DNA of 61,731 nt, counting the filler, from Dirinaria sp. TL-2023a (taxonomy: Eukaryota), in assembly GCA_051941275.1 (NCBI GenBank). It is 9 parts of 9 records of this genome, joined end to end, with 100 filler letters (N's around TTAATTAATTAA, not from the genome) between each part and the next. Parts side by side here need not be neighbours in the genome. Positions count along the whole stretch, not along the records: positions 34,429 to 41,197 come from JAVEBF010001422.1; positions 41,298 to 48,044 come from JAVEBF010001423.1; positions 48,145 to 54,888 come from JAVEBF010001424.1; 6 more parts are not named here. One strand, given 5' to 3'. Below the pieces are notes generated by a model, which did not search any database, was not told where the DNA came from, and saw only the letters and a program-made list of their open reading frames with translations. Below are positions 37,056 through 48,151 of the stretch, in pieces. How positions within the stretch are numbered: position 1 is the stretch's first letter; each line of letters starts with the position of its first letter. The position numbers and the translations under genes are program-made.

Positions 37056-37273
37056 TGACTAAGAACCTGGGACTGTCAAATTCGCACCTTCTTTCGCTAA
37101 AGCAGCCCGACAGAGATCCCAAAGAAAGCTAGAATTGGTTAGTGTGATTGTGACTACTTTTGATGCTGACTAAGAACCTGTGACTGCCAAATTGGCACCT
37201 TCTTTTACAAAAGCAGCCCGACAGAGATCTCTTTAAAAGCTAGATCTGGTTAGTGTAATTGGGACTACTTTGA
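37056..37273. repeat. Diverged direct tandem duplication, 111-bp period
   Basis: TGACTAAGAACCTG..GACTG.CAAATT.GCACCTTCTTT...AAAGCAGCCCGACAGAGATC...GGTTAGTGT.ATTG.GACTACTTT starts at 37056 and 37167. Confidence 0.9.
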
Positions 37274-38917
37274 AATCAGGTGCCTGCCAAGATATCTCAT
37301 GGACATCGCCCTACACATTATGTAAGGTAAGATATCGTAGTAGAGCTGATGCCGGCATATAAAACTCTCGTAGTAGAAGCCAACAAAGGCCCATCTGTAC
37401 CGCCACCCAATAATGTATTACTTTTGCTAGACTGACAAATTCTGACGTGAAAAAGTACTATAAATCTCAATACGTACGCTTGTACATAGCCTTCTATTTC
37501 TGCTTTCAATGTCTTCCGATATCTTGCTGAATGGCCTCAAGTGTTGTATCTTATACGCAGTACCAGGCATTCCCAGTGTCTTATCGCTCGTTCAATCATT
37601 ACTGACCTATTCACCAGTCTCTCGGTCTATCCACGAGAAACGTCCCATAGGGATCAATTCGTTGATGCAAGCACATACCATCAATTTCCAATCCATATCT
37701 TAGATACGCAATTGCTGATTCCTCAGAAGCCCCGCTCACGGTCGAGCATTGTTGGCTTTGATGACCATCATCATTTTCTATGGCTAGACCTTCAAGTCTA
37801 GAACAGGGGCACTGACTCTCAATTTCAGGAAGAGGGCAACTTCCTATACAACGCATTCATAATCCGGAGTGGTACGCCCGGCTATGCCACGGCGGAGAAG
37901 TACTGTTCTTCGCCATCGGATCACCTATTGATTCAATACCTTGGAGTATATTATTGTCTTTCTCAACTGGGGTTTTTGTTCGCTAACAGGCCAGAAGGAG
38001 CTTGACATTCCCTCTTTACTGAGTCCTGGCCACATGGATCCCTATCACGGAAAAGAGTTCTCAGTCAACTACGCTCGGTTGAGTATATGGGCGCAGATAC
38101 TTAAGCGTCGTAACCGGAAGAAGAGGTGAACGTACTTCTCCTGGACTTGCTTGTCATTGTAGGAGACCGATCCACCAGGGAAGATGCCTATTCTTGAGAA
38201 GGTTCACATGGGGAAGACAGGACATTCTCTGTGTTCTCTTCAGTTAAAACAGAAGCTCATACAGTTTCGCTACCTAGAGACTTGAGGGAAGGTTTTATAG
38301 GAGGAGCCCTCGACGCAGGAGGGCCCCTATAGGACTCTGTTACGATTCAAAAGCTTTCCTTTATGCTTTTGGTATACTAATGCCAAGGACTTTTATAAGT
38401 TCCCTCCAATTCGGCTTTGGATCTATCGACTCGAATTTCAGCCCTCTCTCTCATCTGCATTGAGAATTTTGACACGCAGCAAGCCGGATATTTCTGCTGA
38501 AAGACATCCTGATCATTCTGGAGACACCAGTAAGTTATGACCATCTATGGGAGTCGGGAAAAATCTGACCTGACTATCAGTATGCGATTCAAATTATCAG
38601 GAGCTGTGTAGCTCGATATCATTCAGAATCCAAGCTGACCCTAACTCATACGATTACAGCTGATGTCATCGGGAGCTAACTTAAGCGGATGTGCATCGCT
38701 TCACATGTGTTGACATGAGATCGTGATTAGCGTAGTTGCCTAGACACGCGTTGTTGATCGCGACACTCAAAACATCCTCTTATATCAGCAGTGAGTTCAT
38801 TCAACTACTTGCTTGCACAAACATCTCTTTACTGCTCATCTTGAAACCGATCACTGTGAGCTGTGTTCAAACGCTTGTACAGTCCAACTTTTACTGCTTG
38901 TCTTAAAATCTGTCATC

Positions 38918-40047
38918 ATGTCTAGAGATCAGAATATCGATCCTGAAATCTTGAGTCTTGATGATTCTGACAATGCAGACTCAATGCTATACAGGACACT
39001 ATTGAATTATCTGAGCAAGGACTTCCCAAGACATGATAATCCTGACAATGCCGAGTCACTGGAAGATACCACAATGCTCGATGACCTGAACGAGAGTCTT
39101 CCGAGCCAAGGATTCACAACTTCGTAAGTTCTATGGATAACAAACCCTCCAGGGACTATACACTGATTATGTTCATTAGTGCTATGGATCTAGAATCAGC
39201 ATCCAACCACGAAGCTCCCCATAACGAGCATGATTGTTCCTATCCCGAGCCGCCTACTTCATTCTCGTCAGCCTATGCTACAGAGCCATATTTCGGAGCG
39301 CACGGACATCATTCAGCCTACCAAGCTCCGAAGGACCACAGCCCTCGATATGGTTCTCCCTACCAACTGACACCGCCAGTGTCTTCATTCGAATACGACG
39401 CTATCCAGCCAGTGCGTTCAGACCCAGACATCCTGCCACTAGGATCTTCGGGCCTGCAAACCGACAACATGACCACGCATCCGGCTCTTGCACCAGATCA
39501 TTCACTGACGGCACCGTCCCTACCAGACACTGCGGCCGCTGGAGAGACCAGCAAAACACCTACTCATAGGCTCAAAAGATCCCTACGGCAAGCCAAGGCA
39601 AATGTCGCGGCACAATTGTCAGAACGGAGTAGGCAGATCCAGGAAAGAATAGCCGCAACAAGCGGAGTCGTGATCCCCTCCAAGCTGCCCCCAGGTCGAG
39701 AGCCCGAGCCGATCGAGAGCCAAGCGCTGGACCAGACGTATTTGCCGCACCGATGTCCGATCTGCAATGCACGATTCGGGAGGCCCGACCACGTCAAGTC
39801 CCATTTTCCCGCATGCGTGAACAGCTACGGGAACCCGAACGGCGCGAATTGGGATGACGGCGTTTCTCGAACGCGCGAGGTTCGGAGACGAAATGCCGGG
39901 CTTCCCATCGACGAGCGAGAGTACGCCGTCGGGCGTCGTGAGCTGGCAGTGGAGGCCCGCGAGGAGGCGGTGCGAGAGCGCGAAAAGGCGGTGACGGCGC
40001 GTGAGAGGGCCGTTTATGGGCGCCAGGACGACGAAGGTGAAATGTAG
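38918..40047 (+). CDS. Protein with a single atypical C2H2/C2HC zinc finger and a C-terminal coiled coil
   Basis: ATG 38918, intron 39124-39179 (GTAAGT..CTGAT..TAG); HRCPICNARFGRPDHVKSHFPACVNSYGNPNGANWDD; RE(R/E/K)AV repeats. Confidence 0.75.
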
Positions 40048-40182
40048 AGCGACTATTCAAACCATTCGGCTTCGCTCCAGGTTTTTGTTTTTGTTTTTGT
40101 GTTTTTTTTTTTTTTTTTTTACTAGGGAGAAGCGGTGTGACGGAGAGGCAGATTGCCTCAAGGATAGGAGTTTTTTTTTACT

Positions 40183-40645
40183 TTCTCTTAGCACAATTTC
40201 AAGAGCTTGTTTTATCTCGTCTATCAGCCTTGATGAGTATTCCAACCTTGTGATAACGGAGCTTACTCAAGCAGATGATCACACATTGTATGATGGACCA
40301 TCACCGGAAGAGATATAAAGTGCCACATCATTGATCATAATCCCACAATGAAGATCGAAATCCAACCCCAGAGCTAATGTTTCGCGATTCCTTCATTCAG
40401 CAATGAGTATTCAATGATAGATTATGCCCACCACCATCATCTTCTCTTAGCACAATTTCAAGAGCTTTTTTTCTCGTCTATCGGTCTTGATGAGTATTGA
40501 AATCTTGTGATAACGGAGATTACTTAGGTAGATGATCACACGTTACATGACGAATCTACACGAGAGGAGAAACATCAAATCCAAACCCCGAGCTAATCTT
40601 CCGCGGTATCTCAATTCAGCAATGAGTACTCAATGATATATTAAT
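40183..40645. repeat. Diverged direct duplication, ~259-bp period, second copy internally deleted
   Basis: TTCTCTTAGCACAATTTCAAGAGCTT...CTTGATGAGTATT...CTTGTGATAACGGAG...AGATGATCACAC...ATTCAGCAATGAGTA.TCAATGAT starts at 40183 and 40442. Confidence 0.9.
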
Positions 40646-40770
40646 CCATTTTCCTATACTCCAATCGCCTAGAAAGAAGGAAAATATGTAGAGCCACTTC
40701 ACCAAGCACCACACGCGCATGCAAACTTAGCTCTACCTAGTATATCTTCTTGCTACCCTACTCCCCATCA

Positions 40771-41197
40771 TCAACAATCCTCACTGCCTAATTTCGCCCT
40801 CGTATCCACCAATCTACCAATCAGCTTCGAAAGTGGAGATTTAGAGTCTACTCGCCTACCTCCCGCTTGCACAACCATGATACCACGCGCTTCTCCTCTT
40901 ACCGCCGGCATGCGTTGAATCCTCGCATGCACGCCCGCCACATCACGATGATACTGCACCGAGCTACGCAGCATCCGTCTAGACACCGCTCTCGCCTCCT
41001 CGATCTGCAGGCGCGCTTCGGCGTCGCGCTGCTGAGTCGTTGGCCAAGATGCGAAGAGCTGGTATTTACAAATCGGGCACGTGGAGCCGTTCCCACCTTT
41101 CGGTGCTGGTGAGAGCCAGAGCGAGAGACAGTCGTAGCCGACGCGGTGACCGCAGGGAAGTCGGACGGGCGGTTCGATCCTCAACGTGTCTGGGCTG
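40771..41197 (-). CDS. RING finger protein, 5' part lost at contig end
   Basis: EPPVRLPCGHRVGYDCLSLWL...STCPICKYQLF, the C-terminal half of a RING domain. Confidence 0.75.
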
Positions 41198-41297
41198 NNN
41201 NNNNNNNNNNNNNNNNNNNNNNNNNNNNNNNNNNNNNNNNNTTAATTAATTAANNNNNNNNNNNNNNNNNNNNNNNNNNNNNNNNNNNNNNNNNNNN
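41198..41297. other. Artificial contig linker
   Basis: N44-TTAATTAATTAA-N44. Confidence 0.98.
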
Positions 41298-43551
41298 ACC
41301 ACCCCCATCCGTCTCCCCACCACTCATCTGCCACTCCATCAGCCTCGTGAACGCGCCGTGCTTGTTCCTGCTCAGCGTCTCATAACTCCCCTGCTCGGCC
41401 ACCGTGCCGTCCGCGCCGAGGACGATCACGCGGTCGGAGCGCTTGATCGTGCTTAGCCGGTGGGCGATGGAGATGGTGGTGTTGTTGCCGCGGAGCAGGG
41501 CCGCGAGGGCGGAGTTGACGAGGGTCTCGCTCTCGGCGTCGAGGGCCGAGGTGGCCTCGTCCAGGATCAGGATGTCCGGGTTCTTGACGAGGGCGCGCGC
41601 GATGGCGATGCGCTGCTTCTGGCCCCCCGAGAGCTGAGCCCCGCGCGCCCCGACGTGCGTGTCCAGCCCCTCGGGGAAATCGCTTAGGAATTGGCAGTTG
41701 GCTTTGCGCGCCGCGGCGATGATTTCCGAGCGCGTGGCGCGCGGTTTGCCGTATGCGATGTTCTCCGCGATGGTGCCGGAGAAGAGCACGGGTTCTTGCG
41801 CCACGAGGCCGATTTTGCGGCGCAGCTGCTTGATGTTCATCGTTGAGATGTCCGTGCCGTCGATTTTGATGGCGCCTTTGGTTGGCGAGTAGAAGCGGAG
41901 GATGAGTTGCGCGATCGTGGATTTACCCCCGCCTGAAGGCCCGACGACGGCGACGTTGGAGCCTTGCGGGATTTCGAAGTCGAGGTTTTGGAAGATGGAC
42001 ACGGCTGGCCGTGTTGGGTAGCTGAAGGAGACGTTTTCGAAGCGGATAGGCCCTCGCGCGGATTTTACGGGTGTTCCAACAGTTGGGGAGATGGTGGGGT
42101 TGCGGTCTTGGAGCTCGAAGAGCCGCGAGGCTGCTCCAACTCCTTTCATGAGCTCCGAATAGAAGCTTGAAAGGCCGAAGAGACTGGAGCCGGCATATGC
42201 AGTGTACATTAGGAAAGAGGTCAGATCGCCGATGCTGATGGCGCCGGATTGCACCATGCCTCCACCAATGTAAAGCAAAGCTAGAATCGTCATGTTCCCT
42301 GCCCAACCAGTCTGTAGTCTCGTATTAGCAGAGAGAAGTCAGGAAGCTGATGGTGGTGCTTGCCGTGCTAAAGAAGGTAGCGCTAACGAACGCCTCCCTC
42401 TTGCCTAGAGCAAAGATCTTTTTGGTCTGCTTACTATACCTCGCCACCTCCGAGATCTCGCCAGCAAATGCTTGACTGGTCCTGACGTTGCCTAGCCTCT
42501 CTTCCGCGATTTTCGTGAGACTCCCAAGGCTCCGCTGGATCTTGCGACTTAGATTCCGGATCGCTCTGCCATAGAAAAAGGCCCCCAGAGCTACGGGAGG
42601 GAACATCAGCGCTAGAACTCCGGTCAGTTTCAAGCTGACATAGGCCATCAAGCCGAATCCAGCTCCTCCGCTGACGAGTGATCTTAGTCCGTCTGAAAGG
42701 TTCTGTGTGATGCTCTTCCCAACGATTATGGTGTCCGAACTCAACCGCGATATCAGGTCCCCCACTCGGTTCGCATCGAAGAACTCCGCGTTCTGGATAA
42801 AAGTCCGACGATAGAGCTGTGTTCTCAAACGAGCCACGATGCGCTCTCCCACAATCCGCAAGATGATGATGCGTCCATAATTCGCTGAAGCGCCCAAAGT
42901 GAGAACGCCGGCCAATGCAACGTAAAACGTCGATAAATCCACGCCGAAAAGTTGGTCCGTCCCGGACTCCGATTTGGTGGCAATGTCCAATATCTTCCCT
43001 ATCGAGAACGGTATGGACATGGAAATGGACGATGAGATGAGTAGGAAGACGAAAGCAACCCCAAGCATCTTGGCTTCTGGTCTCGCAATCTTAACCAATC
43101 TCCAAACTTCCCCAAAGCCCCCCCACTGTGGTTGTGATTTCCCATCTTTAGCTAACCGCGCACTGAGATTGACTTGCGTGGCCTGATTTGCTTTCTCTGA
43201 CCTGGCAAACCCCTGATCGTCAGGCTCTAGATCAAGCTCTTCTTCGCTGTCTTGTGGTATGGCTTTTTCCTCCTTGACCGCCTGGTTTGCCGGTGCTGGG
43301 GAATTCGCTTCTTGACCCGGAACGGACGAAGCTGAGAACGGCCTTATAAACTTAAGTGAAGGTCGAAAAGGCCTTGGAGGAAGATTCTGAACGATCTTTC
43401 TCGGTTCATGAGAAATCAAAAAGTTCTGCCTATGCCTCGGAAAATTGGATGTGAGCTTCCAGAGCGCTGGCAGACCTGGTTGCTGCCTTAGAGGTGGAAG
43501 ATTGGACGTGAAGGTGCATGTTCGCCGAAGAAGCAGCTCAGAGCTGCGCAT
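41298..43551 (-). CDS. MDL1: Mitochondrial ABCB half-transporter Mdl1/Mdl2 (ABCB10-like), extreme 3' end truncated
   Basis: Arg-rich presequence; ABC TM domain (GERIVARLR, VGDLISRLSSDT); Walker A GPSGGGKST, LSGGQKQRIAIAR, ILILDEATSALD, IAHRLSTI; one GC-AG intron 42312-42363. Confidence 0.93.
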
Positions 43552-44043
43552 GACTTGCTAGCGAGGTGCCCATCAGCGACAGCTAGCCGATCACCTCGAT
43601 CTGAGCCCGTGAGGCGTCCATTATTTGTCGCGGTGGTAGGTATTTCTGAGGAAAAAAGTCTCCAAACGCTTTAGCAGATGAGCTAGCGGAATGACGTGCA
43701 CTAGCCGAGCGGGATTAGCGCCAAGGCCTCCGAGGGCGGAGCGGACCAAAGGAGTAGTCCCATAGCCGTTCTACGACACGACAGTTGATGCCATTTGTAT
43801 TTCAGGCCAAATTCCTTCTTTTAGTGTGACAATGCGGCAGCCGTTCGTATTTTGACATCGAGCGCTTACCATACTAATTTTTTCAACGGCTTCTTGTACC
43901 ATGAGCAACTGTAAATTTGGCTGTAATAATCTCATTATGTTCGTCTATTCTGCCGAATTAATAGCACCACCTGCTTTAGATAGTATCTAGCTCCTAATGC
44001 GCAATCCATGGCGCTGATCGCTAGTCCTCGAGTGCCGATATTC

Positions 44044-45420
44044 TTAAACGAGGAAACTAAGCAAACTCCCAAGGGTGCAGCCGCCAACAAGCATCAGTCC
44101 CATAAACCCACCGGCCGCCTCTCTTTCCCGCTCCTCTATACATTCCGGTGCGCCCATCATGCAGCTAGACCCTACATATCCATTCGTGATGCCAAATAAA
44201 AACTGCACAATGACCAGGTAGAAGAAATCGCTGCTCACAGCTGCACCTTGCCCGTTGATGTTACAGAGTAGGTAAAGGGGTATAAAGACAAGTCGTAACA
44301 CAGAAGACAGAAACAGAGCACGCGGATGTCGCGTGGCCACAAGGCTCGGTGCTAGCGTTATGACACGCCCCAGAAGATCGCCCGCATTCCAGAAGAGAAA
44401 GGCCAAAGGTATGAAGCAGACTGGTTGGAATATTCGAGGGGCGGTATCGGCTGGCCGCACGCTGTATATCTTCGCGGTGAAAACCGGGAAGAGCATCGTG
44501 ATAGTGAAACAGAGGGCGACGGCGGCTGAGAACCAGTGCAGCTTGCGAAACAAAGTCCACATTCCGACCACTTTTTTCTCAATCCTTTCCTCCTCTTCTC
44601 CGCCACCCACCGTATCCAGAGCCGCTTTTGCGACGACAGCCTGGTCGCGGTGTCTGCGAACCAACAGCGGAAAAGCAGCAAGTACAAGCGCCGAAATCCC
44701 GGTAGCAGTAAGGAAATACGCAAATGCTGACTTTGGGCTTTCTTGAGCTGCGCCATCTTCTGCCCCTGCCACCGATAAGACAGACACGATCTGGACGATG
44801 GGCGGTAAAACCCCGGCTACCCCCTGTCCGACCATAATTGCCTGAGTGTATTTCTGAACCCCAAAGCCGGACACGTAGGAGAAGGCTCCATTCTGCGACA
44901 TGCCGCAGGCCAGACTGGCCGCGAAGACTATGACCATGAGAAATCCAAAGAAGACTCCCGGAGGCACGTTCGTGAAAAGCACCGTCGAGAGCGCGAGCAG
45001 TGCAAAGGCGCATACGTTCAGAACCAAGGACGCCGTAATGCGGTAAGGGTATGAAGCGCCGGCTTGACGATGGGCAAGAACAGTCATAGTAACAAGGTTC
45101 GTGATTGTGGAGACTGAAATGATGGCGGAGCCGAAGTGAGCTAGGAGCCATGGCGAGGACGAGAAGCGGTATTGGAAGTAAGGAAAGGCAGCCAAAAACA
45201 TATTCCTAAAGGCAGAATTAGCAACAGCTCCTGGGCTTATCTTTAAAGATACCTACCACGCCCATAGGCAAGCGATGCCAAGTAGCAAGAACACCCCATA
45301 GACCAGCCATGAGAATCGCTGGCTATCGCCCCGGGGCAAGTCGCCATCTGTGCCATCATCAAGAGGTTCGTAAGATGCCGACACGCGACGTTGCTTGATA
45401 GCTTCTCGAATACGTTCCAT
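44044..45420 (-). CDS. FUN26: Equilibrative nucleoside transporter (ENT/Fun26 family)
   Basis: Exon 1 MERIRE...FSWLVYGVFLLLGIACLWAW|NMFLAAFPYF; YTQAIMVGQGVAGVLP; FLFWNAGDLLGR; FGITNGYVGSSCMM; EREAAGGFMGL. Confidence 0.92.
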
Positions 45421-46109
45421 ATTGGCGTCGTAGGTGATGGCGAAGTGTCAAGTACTTCAAGAGGTCCAGAGGGTCAAGGTTTAAAAGTGCTCATATTTAC
45501 AATCGAAGTCACCAGATGCATGAAAGCGATCTGCTGATGGTATTCCTGTAAAGCTGCATGTGCTACTGCAAGTAAAGAAATTGGGTATCATGAGCTCCCT
45601 CCACAACCGTGCTGATGATGCTATGCATAAAGATGATGACCAGACTCCAGCGCTAATTCAGACGCTGCAACCGCCGTAATCCCGAAGAAACCCCAGCGCT
45701 ATTCCCAGTACCGCTCAACCATCTTCAAGAGAAACCACCATAGCCACAGAGCGAGTCTCTCTCCGAGATAAGTAAGTTATGAGCGACCGGTTTCGTAGCA
45801 AAAGAATCAGAAAGCCGGACGAGGTATTTCAAGATGCATGTGTTACCGAGAACGGGTCCGTATCGATCCAGCCTCTTCAAGGTAATGAGAAGCAGCGGAC
45901 ATTGAGCTGAATGTGAAAGACGGCACTCGGAGAACGGACTTGGCCATTTGTGATTACGGACGATTGATCGGGATCGGCTTTGCTCACAATCCAGTGCAGG
46001 TGTAGTCCTTGTGGTGCCGCTCTGCCTTTCGAACCGGTAACAGTCCATCGAATTGCTTAATGTGGCGTCTCTCTGCGGCTGGTAGGATGCCTTTTCGAGC
46101 CTATATGAA

Positions 46110-47720
46110 TTACGTCGAGCTTGAAGCATCTTCGGATTTCGCCTCCTGTCGATGAAGTCTCTTGTATCGTTCTGCTTTCGCCTTTTGCATCACCGGGCTA
46201 TCCTCCTCGTCCCCTCCATCTGCTCCAACGGTCAACACCTCGGCCTTGAATTGTGCCTCTCCGATCTTGCCCAGCGCAACAATATCCTTGGCTGATAGGT
46301 AGGTCCATTGGTCGGGCATCTTGTCCGGGTCCGTATCATCTCGTAGGCCCTCGAATCCTGTCCACAGCGCTTTCTCTACTGGGGCTTCCTCGCCCGCCGG
46401 AGCCGTCTTCTCGAGCAATTTGGCGAGCAAGTGGTGAAGCCAGAGAACGTTGGTGAGCGGCACGAAGGCATCCCATTGTGCCTTTCGGCCGACTTTGACC
46501 GCCTTGCGCATGTGCCTATAGGTCTCGAATTGCAGGTCGCCTTGGCCTGTGAAGATCTCTGCATCGCTCATCGGGTTGAACATTGGCTTGTCGTCCGCCT
46601 TGGCTCGGGATAGTGTGTAGTCGATGAGCGTTACCACCAGGTTTGACGACTCCGGAACGAACGCGTAGCTCTCGTCGGCCGCGTGCTCTTTGCTCTTCTT
46701 GAGGCAGATGTTGCTCAGGTGCAGATCGCGATGCTCGAATTGCTTTTCTTGCTCCCCGTGGGCGAGGACATTGGCTGCACCCCAGAAGATGTCGCGGAGT
46801 TGGCGGATGTCGAGGCGTTTCTCTTTGCGCAAAGGTAGCGTCCCGCTCGCGTCCCCTTCTGTCAGCAAGGTGTCCAAGTCTTTGCCGGCGTCGCTCATCT
46901 CGATCAACAGCCAGATCTGGTCGGCTGGATTTGCAAGGCTCCTATTGGTATTGGGGAGATCGGCATTGACCTTCCAGCGTCTGGCGGCGTAGTATGCCGT
47001 GCACACTTTCTTCATTGGCTCTGGCAGGTCTCCGCGCAAAAGTTTGGCCGCTCTATATTCCACGAAGCCGGGGATCTCGGTCATCGCGTCGAGGAGTCGG
47101 ATCTCGCTGAGCGCGTCCTCGATGGTGGTCATGTCCCTCCATTTGAGGCCCCTTGGTCTGATCATCGGCCGGAGCGGGATGAGCTTGGAGATGACAAACG
47201 CGTCCGAAGAACCTTTCACCTTTGGCGCCACTTTGAACACGTCGGCGTACGAGCCGTCGCCGATCTTAGCCACGTCGAAATGAGCGAAGATGGTGTCGGT
47301 CCACTGCGTGAAACCTTCTACCTCCCCCGCCACCTCGGTAAGAGGTCGGAGGTACTCCCGGAGGTCATCCTCCGAGCCTTCTCCGCCTCGTGGCTGCTGC
47401 TGCTGCTGCCGCTGCAATTGGCTCCGGAGCTTGTGGGCAGCGGCATTCGCTTTCGCGGCGACGCGCTCCCTTTTCGCCAAAGCACGGGGAGCACGCGTTC
47501 TCGGGCGGCGCGGAGCGGTGTTGCTGGATGTCTCGCTCAATGCTTGACGACGACGCTGCTGCTGCGCAACGGAAGCAGGAGCAGAAAGAGCAGAAGAGGC
47601 AGAAGAGGCAGAAAGACTCAGACCCGCAAACTCGTCGCTCAGGTCCCCGCCGCCGCCGGCCCCAGCACGCCCGCCCTTCTTCCCATACGTCTTCGCCTTC
47701 GCCTTGACTTTCCCGGCCAT
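46110..47720 (-). CDS. Haspin-family protein kinase (Alk1/2, Hrk1-like)
   Basis: N-terminal KTYGKK; KIGDGSYADVF, FEHRDLHLSNICL, haspin-diagnostic TLIDYTLSRA, IFTGQGDLQFETYRHMR, TNVLWLHHLL. Confidence 0.92.
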   Translation of the reverse strand: MAGKVKAKAKTYGKKGGRAGAGGGGDLSDEFAGLSLSASSASSALSAPASVAQQQRRRQALSETSSNTAPRRPRTRAPRALAKRERVAAKANAAAHKLRSQLQRQQQQQPRGGEGSEDDLREYLRPLTEVAGEVEGFTQWTDTIFAHFDVAKIGDGSYADVFKVAPKVKGSSDAFVISKLIPLRPMIRPRGLKWRDMTTIEDALSEIRLLDAMTEIPGFVEYRAAKLLRGDLPEPMKKVCTAYYAARRWKVNADLPNTNRSLANPADQIWLLIEMSDAGKDLDTLLTEGDASGTLPLRKEKRLDIRQLRDIFWGAANVLAHGEQEKQFEHRDLHLSNICLKKSKEHAADESYAFVPESSNLVVTLIDYTLSRAKADDKPMFNPMSDAEIFTGQGDLQFETYRHMRKAVKVGRKAQWDAFVPLTNVLWLHHLLAKLLEKTAPAGEEAPVEKALWTGFEGLRDDTDPDKMPDQWTYLSAKDIVALGKIGEAQFKAEVLTVGADGGDEEDSPVMQKAKAERYKRLHRQEAKSEDASSST

Positions 47721-48044
47721 CTCCTTCAACCCTGTTTATACACACACCCCCTCAGTCTCTATTCCTCATAAACTAAAACAAAAAGCAAAAAAAGAAGCAA
47801 ATACCCCTCCCTGTCTCTACCCTATATAGTGTAGTATAGTGCCAAAAAAAAACTCAGGATCACAAAACCCACTTGTGAAGTGTGTAATGAAGAAAAGCAA
47901 AAGGAACGGACTTACACCCTCTAAACCCCATTCTTTTCTTTCAATCCGGCTAAATATCGGGCGTTGATATGGTGAAGACGCGGGCGGCAGATACAGTGAC
48001 TAAGACGGATCGCGTTAGATGAAGCACGTGGTATGGGTTTGGGC

Positions 48045-48144
48045 NNNNNNNNNNNNNNNNNNNNNNNNNNNNNNNNNNNNNNNNNNNNTTAATTAATTAA
48101 NNNNNNNNNNNNNNNNNNNNNNNNNNNNNNNNNNNNNNNNNNNN
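48045..48144. other. Artificial contig linker
   Basis: N44-TTAATTAATTAA-N44. Confidence 0.98.
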
Positions 48145-48151
48145 CACCCCA

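Noticed and set aside
47721..48044. Extra N-terminal coding exon for haspin
   Set aside because: MAGKVKAKAKTYGKK at 47720 already resembles a haspin N-terminus; the upstream GT-AG interval is more simply a 5' UTR intron, though this is not proven.
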